From Lachnospiraceae bacterium ZAX-1 (lineage in GTDB: Bacteria > Bacillota > Clostridia > Lachnospirales > Lachnospiraceae), in assembly GCA_046533095.1 (NCBI GenBank), contig JAJQRA010000035.1, positions 1-32,000 of the forward strand: DNA of 32,000 nucleotides, in the 5' to 3' direction. Of this stretch, positions 25,292 to 32,000 are shown one piece after another; the first letter of the stretch is position 1, and each line of letters opens with the position of its first letter. A program made the position numbers and the translations under genes. Below the pieces are notes generated by a model that saw nothing but the letters and a program-made list of their open reading frames with translations, had not been told where the DNA came from and did not search any database.

Positions 25292-26820
25292 AATTTAACT
25301 TTAGAGGGCTATTGAAAGAAAAAGTGTTTGAATCCGTTCTATCTGTTTTGCCAATTACAGCGATTGTACTGATTTTAAGTATCACCATAGCCCCACTATC
25401 TCCAGGAGCTTTGATATTATTTCTATTTGGAGCATTGATGCTTGTTTTGGGAATGGGATTTTTTACACTGGGGGCAGATTTGGCGATGATTCCGATGGGC
25501 GATGGGATCGGTGCACAGATGAGCAAAGCTAAGAAAATATATATTCCGCTCATTGCGTGTTTTGTTTTAGGTGTGGTAATAACGCTTGCAGAACCTGACT
25601 TACAGGTTTTAGCAGAACAAGTACCGGCAATTCCGAACATGGTATTAATTCTTACCGTAGCGTGCGGGGTAGGTATCTTTCTTTTAATAGCAGAACTTCG
25701 TATGCTATTTAAAATTCCATTATCTTATACACTGTTTTTTTTCTATACGATTATTTTTGCGCTTCTTATTTTCACACAGGATACGTTTATTCCGGTTTCC
25801 TTTGACTCCGGTGGTGTTACAACGGGGCCAATTACCGTTCCGTTTATTATGGCAATGGGTATCGGACTTGCATCAGTGCGAAGTGATAAGAACTCTGCAA
25901 ATGACAGTTTTGGATTGGTTGCGCTTTGCAGTATTGGGCCGATTCTTTCTGTCTTGATATTGGGCATCGTATATGAGCCGGATAATGCAGTCTATACACC
26001 GGTTAAGCTTGAAGAACTGGCATCTACGAAAGAGGCTGCACAACAATTTGCAATTGCGCTGCCTATCTATATAAAAGAAGTGGCAGTGGCATTGGTGCCG
26101 ATTGCGATTCTCTTCTTATTGTTCCAGCTAATATTTAAACGATTTCACCACCATCAAATCGGTCGTATTATTGCCGGCCTTATCTATACGTATATTGGGC
26201 TTGTATTATTTTTAACAGGCGTAAATGTAGGGTTTATGCCAGCCGGTGAGTTTATTGGTGCAACCATCGCAAGCGGTGCCGCAAAATGGCTACTGATTCC
26301 AATTGGTATGCTGATTGGCTATTTTATTGTTAAGGCGGAACCGGCCGTTCAAGTTTTAACCAAGCAAGTTGAAGAAGTTTCCAATGGATCTATTACGGAA
26401 AAATCAATCAGCCACAGCCTATCGATTGGTGTTGCCGTATCGGTTGGAATTGCGATGTTGCGTATCTTGACCGGACTTTCTATTTTGTGGTTTTTAATAC
26501 CCGGCTATGCAATTTCTCTGGTTATGACGTTTTTCGTTCCACAGATGTTTACCGGAATCGCATTTGACTCTGGCGGTGTTGCGAGTGGGCCGATGACGGC
26601 TACGTTCTTGTTGCCTTTAGCAATGGGGGCATGCCAGGCAGTAGGGGGAAACATATTAACAGATGCATTCGGCATCGTGGCAATGGTAGCAATGACGCCA
26701 TTGTTGACAATTCAGATGTTAGGACTTTTTAGCAATATTAGGAAACGGATCGAAAAGGAACGAGGACAAGTTTCACTTGGTGAAATTGAAGATAATATTA
26801 TATACTTCGACGAGGCATAA
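25288..26820 (+). CDS. Polytopic membrane protein with two DUF1538 domains
   Basis: The diagnostic motif appears twice: FDSGGVTTGPITVPFIMAMGIG and FDSGGVASGPMTATFLLPLAMG. There are many TM helices. The TTG start at 25288 overlaps the stop of the regulator gene (ATATTGA), which fits translational coupling. No in-frame ATG lies nearby. Confidence 0.75.
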   Translation: MKFNFRGLLKEKVFESVLSVLPITAIVLILSITIAPLSPGALILFLFGALMLVLGMGFFTLGADLAMIPMGDGIGAQMSKAKKIYIPLIACFVLGVVITLAEPDLQVLAEQVPAIPNMVLILTVACGVGIFLLIAELRMLFKIPLSYTLFFFYTIIFALLIFTQDTFIPVSFDSGGVTTGPITVPFIMAMGIGLASVRSDKNSANDSFGLVALCSIGPILSVLILGIVYEPDNAVYTPVKLEELASTKEAAQQFAIALPIYIKEVAVALVPIAILFLLFQLIFKRFHHHQIGRIIAGLIYTYIGLVLFLTGVNVGFMPAGEFIGATIASGAAKWLLIPIGMLIGYFIVKAEPAVQVLTKQVEEVSNGSITEKSISHSLSIGVAVSVGIAMLRILTGLSILWFLIPGYAISLVMTFFVPQMFTGIAFDSGGVASGPMTATFLLPLAMGACQAVGGNILTDAFGIVAMVAMTPLLTIQMLGLFSNIRKRIEKERGQVSLGEIEDNIIYFDEA

Positions 26821-26838
26821 GGAGAGGGGGTTTGGGCA

Positions 26839-27519
26839 ATGGCAGAAAGACAAGAAGGTACAAAGCTGATTATATCGATCGTAGAACGCGGACAGGGAAA
26901 AAACCTCACCAAGATATATTCGCAAAATAATGTATCTTTCCATTATAAAAGTTATGGAATAGGAACGGCGTCTTCGGAATTGCTGGATGTCATCGGTTTT
27001 GGAAGTACGGAACGAGATATTTTATTTAGTGTTGCCACTACAGCCAATGCAAATATGCTGATGAATAAATTAAACAATGAACTAGATAGTAGCATTGACG
27101 CAAAAGGAATTGCAGTTGATCTATCGATTACGGCAATGAATGCAATGGTTGCAGCTGTATTAATGCGGCAGGGGCAGGTGGAACAGCAGAATGGAGGAAT
27201 CAAAATGGAACAGGAAGGAAATAACAGCCTTATCGTTGTGATCATAAACAGAGGATGTACGGATGATGTGATGAATACTGCCCGTGCTGCAGGGGCAAGA
27301 GGCGGTACGATCATACGTGCAAGAGGCACGGGGGCTGAACATATCGAGGCATTTTATGGCATTACCTTTCAAGCGGAAAAAGAAATTGTATTTATTGTCG
27401 CCTCAGGGGAAAAAAGGAATGCTATCATGGAAACGGTAAATAAAAAACATGGTTTAAATACGGAAGCGGCAGCCATGCTTTTCTCCCTTGGAATTGACCA
27501 GATTCAGCGTCTCGGATAA
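26839..27519 (+). CDS. Tandem P-II-like signal-transduction protein (two P-II-type halves)
   Basis: The second half (LIVVIINRGCTDDVMNTARAAGARGGTIIRARGTG....EKEIVFIVASGEKRNAIMETV) matches the P-II-like pattern. The first half (KLIISIVERGQGKNLTKIY...YGIGTASSE...ERDILFSVAT) is a diverged copy. The gene starts 19 nt after the DUF1538 gene. RBS GGAGAGGGGG. Confidence 0.65.
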   Translation: MAERQEGTKLIISIVERGQGKNLTKIYSQNNVSFHYKSYGIGTASSELLDVIGFGSTERDILFSVATTANANMLMNKLNNELDSSIDAKGIAVDLSITAMNAMVAAVLMRQGQVEQQNGGIKMEQEGNNSLIVVIINRGCTDDVMNTARAAGARGGTIIRARGTGAEHIEAFYGITFQAEKEIVFIVASGEKRNAIMETVNKKHGLNTEAAAMLFSLGIDQIQRLG

Positions 27520-27523
27520 AGGC

Positions 27524-27612
27524 TATGGATTGAAGATACGCAAGGAAGGTACCAAATATCCATCGCTCATCTTATCAAACGTTTGTATGGATTGGATGCG
27601 CAAGGAAGGTAC
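27524..27612. repeat. ~28-nt motif repeated at a 62-bp period upstream of the TM1266-type gene
   Basis: 27524-27552 reads tatggattgaagatacgcaaggaaggtac and 27586-27612 reads tatggattggatgcgcaaggaaggtac. Confidence 0.8.
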
Positions 27613-27639
27613 GGCTGAACCGTTACGTGGAGGTTAAAT

Positions 27640-27891
27640 ATGGATACAAGGGTTGCTATCATAGGGATTATTGTGCAAGAGGAAGCATCGGTAGAAAGGC
27701 TGAACCAGATATTGCATGATTATGCCAAATATATTATCGGACGTATGGGGTTGCCCTATCGTGAGAAAGCGGTGAGTATCATTAGTATCGCAGTGGACGC
27801 GCCACAGGATACAATTAGTGCTTTGGCCGGAAAACTAGGGAAACTATCCGGCGTAAGCAGTAAAGCGGTCTATGCTCCGATAGGCAAGTGA
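27640..27891 (+). CDS. TM1266-family (ACT-like) putative iron-only hydrogenase system regulator
   Basis: The sequence RVAIIGIIVQEEASVERLNQILHDYAKYIIGRMGLPYREKAVSIISIAVDAPQDTISALAGKLGKLSGVSSK matches my recollection of the TIGR03959-type family. The gene lies next to hydF. RBS GGAGGT. Confidence 0.7.
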   Translation: MDTRVAIIGIIVQEEASVERLNQILHDYAKYIIGRMGLPYREKAVSIISIAVDAPQDTISALAGKLGKLSGVSSKAVYAPIGK

Positions 27892-27917
27892 TTCTAATCT
27901 AAATAAGAAAGCCCCTC

Positions 27918-28110
27918 GCAAGATGCAAGTGACTGGATGGGTGGCAGACGATCCGCTCAAGCAGGAGAAGCCCTCCTTGCAAGATGTAAGCGACTAGATG
28001 GGCGGCAGACGATCTGCCCAAGCAGGAGGAGGGCTCCCGCACAAGATGTAAGCGACTGGATGGGCGGCAGACGATCTGCCCAAGCAGGCGAAGGGTTTCT
28101 TCGCAAATGT
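27918..28110. repeat. 61-62-bp tandem repeat, ~3.3 copies, each with a GGCAGA-CGA-TCTGCC hairpin, in the hydF leader
   Basis: Units start at 27918, 27979 and ~28041, with a partial unit from ~28093. The consensus is gcaagatgtaagcgactggatgggcggcagacgatctgcccaagcaggaggagggctcc. Confidence 0.9.
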
Positions 28111-28150
28111 ATGCGACACGAAAGATAAACAGGAATGGAGGAAATATAGC

Positions 28151-29428
28151 ATGGGATTAAACAGTACGCCACAATCTGATAGGATACATATCGGATTTTT
28201 TGGGAATAGAAATGCGGGGAAATCAAGCGTTGTAAATGCAGTAACAGGTCAGGATTTATCCGTAGTTTCAAAGGTGAGTGGAACCACAACAGATCCGGTA
28301 TTAAAATCCATGGAATTGTTGCCGATGGGGCCAGTGGTTGTGATTGATACACCCGGTTTTGATGATGAAGGTGAACTTGGAGCACTTCGCGTGAAAAAAA
28401 CGCATAAGATTCTAAATAAAATAGATGTTGCTGTCTTGGTTGTGGATGCTTTAGTCGGGAAAAATAAGACGGATGAACAGTTGATTTCTATCTTTAAAGA
28501 GAAAGAGATCAATTACATTCTTGCATACAATAAATCGGATTTGCTGGTGAAGCAAGAGCGGCGATTAGACGATGGATTACAGGTAGAGCAAGAGCAGCGG
28601 TCGGACGATGGATTGCAGGCAAGGCAAGCGCAGCAATTGGACAATGAACTATACATAAGTGCAAAAACAGGCTACCAAATAGAAGAGTTGAAAGAAAAGA
28701 TAGCGACATTAAGTGTGACAGATGATCTAACACATAAGATCATAGGGGATTTGATTTCACCTTTGGATTTTGTCGTATTGGTTATTCCCGTTGATTCTGC
28801 CGCACCAAAAGGTCGGCTGATCCTACCGCAGCAACAGACGATCCGCGATGTCCTAGAGTCAAATGCAACTGCGATTGTTGTACAGACAACACAGCTTAGC
28901 GATACTCTAGCACAACTTGGCAAAAAGCCAAAGCTTGTCGTTACAGACAGCCAGGCATTTGAAAAAGTCAATGCCGATACACCAAACGATATTTTACTAA
29001 CTTCCTTCTCCATCCTTTTTGCCAGATATAAGGGCGATTTAGAATTGACAGTGAAGGGGGTAACGGCGCTTCATACTTTAAAAGATGGGGACACGGTATT
29101 AATTTGCGAAGGTTGTACACACCATCGTCAATGTGACGATATTGGAACCGTAAAACTGCCTAGATGGATTAAAAAATTTACAAATAAAAATTTGAATTTT
29201 GAATTTACATCCGGAACGGGATTTCCGGAAGATTTAACGGAGTATCAATTGATCATCCACTGTGGTGCCTGTATGCTCAATGAGCGGGAAGTGAAATATC
29301 GCATGAAATGTGCGAAAGGGCAGAATGTACCAATTACAAATTATGGCATTGCCATTGCATATATGCATGGAATTCTAGAACGGAGCGTGGAGGTATTTCC
29401 GGATATATTAGCGCAGGTTAGAAAATGA
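28151..29428 (+). CDS. hydF: [FeFe]-hydrogenase H-cluster maturation GTPase HydF
   Basis: GTPase motifs GNRNAGKSS (G1), DTPG (G3) and NKSD (G4). The C-terminal cluster-binding Cys/His motifs are CEGCTHHRQC and HCGACM. RBS GGAGGAAATATAGC. Confidence 0.85.
   Translation: MGLNSTPQSDRIHIGFFGNRNAGKSSVVNAVTGQDLSVVSKVSGTTTDPVLKSMELLPMGPVVVIDTPGFDDEGELGALRVKKTHKILNKIDVAVLVVDALVGKNKTDEQLISIFKEKEINYILAYNKSDLLVKQERRLDDGLQVEQEQRSDDGLQARQAQQLDNELYISAKTGYQIEELKEKIATLSVTDDLTHKIIGDLISPLDFVVLVIPVDSAAPKGRLILPQQQTIRDVLESNATAIVVQTTQLSDTLAQLGKKPKLVVTDSQAFEKVNADTPNDILLTSFSILFARYKGDLELTVKGVTALHTLKDGDTVLICEGCTHHRQCDDIGTVKLPRWIKKFTNKNLNFEFTSGTGFPEDLTEYQLIIHCGACMLNEREVKYRMKCAKGQNVPITNYGIAIAYMHGILERSVEVFPDILAQVRK
28552..28648. 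repeat. 36-bp tandem repeat, ~2.7 units, inside hydF
   Basis: Units at 28552-28587, 28588-28623 and 28624-28648. They encode QERRLDDGLQVE/QEQRSDDGLQAR/QAQQLDNE, directly after the G4 NKSD motif. Confidence 0.85.
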
Positions 29429-29502
29429 GGCTGATGTAGAGGCGAGGAAGTACGGTTGGATCGCAACAAAGTGGGGGAGGATACGGCACACCTTTTGAAT
29501 CG

Positions 29503-29542
29503 GTGCACTTGGTAAAGTAAAGACTTTGTGGCACAAGTGCAC
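29503..29542. terminator. Long hairpin between convergent hydF and the 4Fe-4S gene (possible bidirectional terminator)
   Basis: GTGCACTTG (29503-29511) pairs with CAAGTGCAC (29534-29542), a 9-bp perfect stem with an inner AAAGT/ACTTT pairing. There is no strong T-run. Confidence 0.35.
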
Positions 29543-29663
29543 TTCGCCAATATTTTACAGGCTTTTATCAATCAGGAACTTCAGCATTCATTATTATAGA
29601 AAGCCTATTTTACAGAAAAAATTTCACAGGCTCTTCCTTGTGCTTGGTCTTAAAGATCCAGCA

Positions 29664-30602
29664 TTAGCATAACATGAGTGTTTCGCCGCTATCAATTAGG
29701 TCAAAACATATTTGTAGGTTCCTCGGAATTGCAGAATTGAATTTATCGAATCCAAATATCACAGCGCGCTCTTGTAGTGACTGGGATACGTTATCATATC
29801 CTGCGTCGCTCAATATATGGGCTGTTTCTTCTTCATCAAACGAGACGGCAGGATAGGTACGCAAATTGGCATCCGTGTTCATCGGGCACCCGTACTGACA
29901 CTTCATACAACGAACAATTGAATGATGAGCAGAATTAGGCACAGGTGGAAAAGCTCCCGGCACTGTACTCATACCAGAGTAGCATTTGTCCGTGTTAATG
30001 AGAAACCGGTCACGTGTAATTGCGCCTGTTTTACAATTAGTAATACACGCACCGCAGGTTTCGCAATTTAGTGCGACAGGCGTGATATCATGCCAAACTT
30101 CACAGTCCGGCAAAACGTCGGAATAGTAGGTGGCATATCCAAAATAGCTGCCGAGCCCTTTAATATATGTAATATTGTTGCGACCATATACGGCAAGCCC
30201 ACATTTAGCCCCGAGCAGTTTTTGCGGGAAACCCGGCATCATCGGAACCTCAGCGGAGTGATAGCCTAGTTTAGGCAGAACAGCATCAACATAAGCCGTC
30301 ATCTCGGAAGTATCATACATTTTCACAAATGCTGAGAACACTTTGTACTCCCTGCCGTTTAGGTGAAACACAGCTTCGGCATAGCTGTAATGTGGTACGG
30401 CCGCTACGATGATTGACTTCGCTTTGAAGGGTAACTTTGGTACGTCAAACGTATACATTCCAGTTATCTTTTGTTGAAATTCGTTCAATCCGGTATCATG
30501 CTTGAATTCTTCAACGCTATGGCGCAAATCCTCAAGACGCTCTACAGGGACGACACGCAGGATTTTTTCGTCACGCGTGGCGATTTCGGTAAATGTTGTC
30601 AT
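29664..30602 (-). CDS. 4Fe-4S dicluster-domain protein (QueG / reductive-dehalogenase-like)
   Basis: Two ferredoxin-type motifs: CETCGACITNC and CMKCQYGCP. RBS TAAGGAGAATGTACT. Only the family is assigned; no function is assigned. Confidence 0.6.
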   Translation of the reverse strand: MTTFTEIATRDEKILRVVPVERLEDLRHSVEEFKHDTGLNEFQQKITGMYTFDVPKLPFKAKSIIVAAVPHYSYAEAVFHLNGREYKVFSAFVKMYDTSEMTAYVDAVLPKLGYHSAEVPMMPGFPQKLLGAKCGLAVYGRNNITYIKGLGSYFGYATYYSDVLPDCEVWHDITPVALNCETCGACITNCKTGAITRDRFLINTDKCYSGMSTVPGAFPPVPNSAHHSIVRCMKCQYGCPMNTDANLRTYPAVSFDEEETAHILSDAGYDNVSQSLQERAVIFGFDKFNSAIPRNLQICFDLIDSGETLMLC

Positions 30603-30636
30603 AGTACATTCTCCTTAAAGATAATTTGCATATTAA

Positions 30637-30654
30637 AGTGTATATACACTATAT
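30637..30654. promoter_or_regulatory. Copy of the MarR-box (AGTGTATATACACTATAT) upstream of the 4Fe-4S gene
   Basis: 18/18 identity with the right part of the palindrome at 31128-31149. It lies ~35 nt upstream of the ATG at 30602. Confidence 0.55.
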
Positions 30655-30689
30655 GCTGATAACAAGATCGATTGCAAATAATAATATAA

Positions 30690-31118
30690 CTACTCAAACT
30701 CAGACAAACGTGCCAATGTATTAGCCAGCAGAGCCAAACTTTCCACACCGATGGCATCTTCTAAATTGCTCTGAGCGTTTTCCCAAAACGGACGTGCGGT
30801 ATCATAACAGCTGGCTCCTTTTTCAGATAAGGTTATCTGCCGGCTCCGCCCCTTAGAGGCATTGTCACAAATTAGCCCCTTCTTTTCCAATATTTTCAAA
30901 TTGCGCACAAGCGTTGTCCGCTCTAAGGACAATGCGGCGGCGATTTCGCTGACGCTGACAGATTCTGAACAACCAAGCTGGCTAAGAATAGAAAACTGGC
31001 TGACGGTTAATCCGCTAGGTGCAAGATTCTTATTATACATATCTGTGATCATCTGCCCAGTACGCCGAACATTTAGGCAGTGGCAAGGATATGTTTTGTT
31101 ATGCGGCTTCTCTTTCAT
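30690..31118 (-). CDS. MarR-family transcriptional regulator
   Basis: The winged-HTH pattern is LTVSQFSILSQL.......VSEIAAALSLERTTLVRNLKILEKKGLI. The gene lies upstream of, and on the same strand as, the 4Fe-4S gene. Confidence 0.8.
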   Translation of the reverse strand: MKEKPHNKTYPCHCLNVRRTGQMITDMYNKNLAPSGLTVSQFSILSQLGCSESVSVSEIAAALSLERTTLVRNLKILEKKGLICDNASKGRSRQITLSEKGASCYDTARPFWENAQSNLEDAIGVESLALLANTLARLSEFE

Positions 31119-31127
31119 AAAACCCCC

Positions 31128-31149
31128 ATATAGTGTATATACACTATAT
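31128..31149. promoter_or_regulatory. Perfect 22-bp palindrome ATATAGTGTATATACACTATAT (candidate MarR operator)
   Basis: The palindrome begins 10 nt upstream of the MarR ATG (31118). The same core recurs at 30637-30654. Confidence 0.6.
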
Positions 31150-31227
31150 TACTCCTATTTTTCTTTTCTGTCAACATCAAATTGAGAAAGCAACCGTAGT
31201 CCTTAACCTCAACAATAAGCGCACCTT

Positions 31228-31536
31228 TCACAGTGAGCTTACTTGCTTGTGATGGCATTGCCTTTTTCCAGTAAGGTTATCCTTTACATAGATTGCTTTC
31301 CCCTTAAGCTGATAGCCTTGCAGCGTGCTGTCATTAAATGCAGTGACAGCTATATTGCTGTTTTTTCGAGATTGAGCAAGGTATTGTTCATAAAAACATC
31401 AAACAAAACTAGATTTCCATTCTGTATATTGGTGAAAAAACCTGGTATTGCGTTCGGTTCTTCTGCATAGGTTGAAAGCACCCATGTCTTTGCTTCCTCT
31501 TAATAGCTTCGTTATTTCATTGTTCAGTTTGCTCAT
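31228..31536 (-). pseudogene. Pyridoxamine-5'-phosphate-oxidase-like (PNPOx/FMN-binding split-barrel) gene with at least 2 frameshifts
   Basis: Manual translation gives three pieces in three frames. They are MSKLNNEITKLLRGSKDMGAF.., then ..TYAEEPNAIPGFFTNIQNGNLVLFDVFMNNTLLNLEKTAI*, then ..AVTAFNDSTLQGYQLKGKAIYVKD... Each piece is under 60 aa, so none appears in the ORF track. Confidence 0.45.
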
Positions 31537-31629
31537 TTTATACACCTTTCATTTTTGTTCCGTCTATCGAACATTGACCTTCCGATGGTATTTTGAACAA
31601 ATAATTTTATACTTATTTTGTCAAAAGTG

Positions 31630-31658
31630 TTGACAATGGAAAAACAATAAGATATAAT
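31630..31658 (+). promoter_or_regulatory. Consensus sigma-A promoter TTGACA-17-TATAAT for the SPFH gene
   Basis: The -35 is at 31630-31635 and the -10 at 31653-31658, with an exact 17-nt spacer, ~47 nt upstream of the ATG at 31705. Confidence 0.7.
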
Positions 31659-31659
31659 A

Positions 31660-31680
31660 ATGATATCAAAATAATATCAT
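31660..31680. promoter_or_regulatory. Dyad ATGATAT-N7-ATATCAT just downstream of the -10
   Basis: 7-bp perfect inverted arms at 31660-31666 and 31674-31680. The position fits a repressor operator over the transcription start. Confidence 0.35.
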
Positions 31681-31704
31681 ATAAATTCAAAAGGAGGATT
31701 TACA

Positions 31705-32000
31705 ATGAACGATAACAAAAATGGTGAAGATAGGAATATGGCGGCAGTGGAGAAAATGGCTCCTGCAACTGGGGGGATGGGAATTTTACTGTTAAACATC
31801 GTACTTATGGCAGGGACAATCGGAGCTTGTGTGTGGGGGATTGTCCATGAGAATGGTGTGCTTGCTGTTGTGGGGGGGCTATATGTTTTCATCGTGGGAC
31901 CGATTTTGTTTTGCGGATTAAAAACACTAAAGCCGAAAGAGGCGTTGGTGCTTACGCTGTTTGGAAAATATTATGGAACGCTTAAGGGAGAGGGCTACTT
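31705..32000 (+). CDS. SPFH/band-7 (stomatin-like) domain protein, 5' part (runs off the window)
   Basis: Manual translation gives MNDNKNGEDRNMAAVEKMAPATGGMGILLLNIVLMAGTIGACVWGI...GPILFCGLKTLKPKEALVLTLFGKYYGTLKGEGY. It has an N-terminal membrane hairpin followed by the typical SPFH start. RBS AAAGGAGGA. Confidence 0.65.
   Translation, partial: MNDNKNGEDRNMAAVEKMAPATGGMGILLLNIVLMAGTIGACVWGIVHENGVLAVVGGLYVFIVGPILFCGLKTLKPKEALVLTLFGKYYGTLKGEGY

Noticed and set aside
27918-28110. Possible CRISPR array (regular ~62-bp periodicity with hairpins)
   Set aside because: The units are contiguous, with no unique spacers between them. The whole 62 bp repeats, there are only ~3 copies, and no cas genes are in the window. 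It is a plain tandem repeat.
27937-28385. ORFs 27937-28128 (+, 63 aa) and 27957-28385 (-, 142 aa) across the hydF leader
   Set aside because: Both are generated by the repeat. The 61-62-bp period changes frame in each unit, neither ORF has an RBS, and the minus-strand ORF runs antisense into hydF.

Overview
The window looks like a low-GC Firmicutes (Clostridia-like) chromosome, judged by eye from AGGAGG ribosome-binding sites, gene content and roughly 40% GC. It splits into four parts.

(1) 1 to ~6450 is the lysogeny/early arm of a prophage or phage-like integrative element. It has a ParB-like gene running off the left edge and a string of small leftward early genes. A divergent Cro-like/CI-like switch carries three related operators. 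An ImmA-like HEXXH peptidase follows, then three cargo genes and a tyrosine integrase next to the presumed att site.

(2) 6.5-9.3 kb holds a small secreted repeat protein and an O-antigen-ligase-family gene broken into three ORFs.

(3) 9.3-14.3 kb is an AT-rich, heavily decayed accessory patch. The intact genes are a GyrI-like protein, a MerR/GyrI regulator and an isochorismatase. The remnants are a prenyltransferase-like gene, an MBL-fold gene and two WYL/YafY-type regulators.

(4) 14.4-32 kb is core genome:
- rlmD-like methyltransferase, yhaM, an HtrA-like PDZ protein and mutS2
- an OmpR-type response regulator with its histidine kinase, and an amidase-domain protein
- a PAS + Fis-HTH regulator, a double DUF1538 membrane protein and a tandem P-II-like protein
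- the TM1266-type hydrogenase regulator and hydF
- a 4Fe-4S protein with a MarR regulator, a frameshifted PNPOx-like gene and an SPFH gene

No rRNA, tRNA, CRISPR array or cas gene was seen.

The most unusual signal is not a gene. At least 17 young short tandem duplications are scattered over the whole window. Every array inside an intact ORF has a period divisible by 3 (15, 18, 21, 30, 36, 42, 45 bp) and sits at a terminus or an apparent interdomain linker. Arrays with other periods (28, 35, 55, ~55-63, 61-62 bp) occur only in intergenic DNA or in a gene that the duplication itself breaks.

Secondary leads:
- the uncharacterised PAS-Fis / DUF1538 / P-II module next to hydrogenase-maturation genes
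- a 3 x 62-bp hairpin repeat in the hydF leader
- an HtrA-like protein that appears to lack all three catalytic residues
- a coding-poor, GC-richer ~0.5-kb gap in the prophage early operon

All homology statements are by-eye motif recognition. No database search was run.
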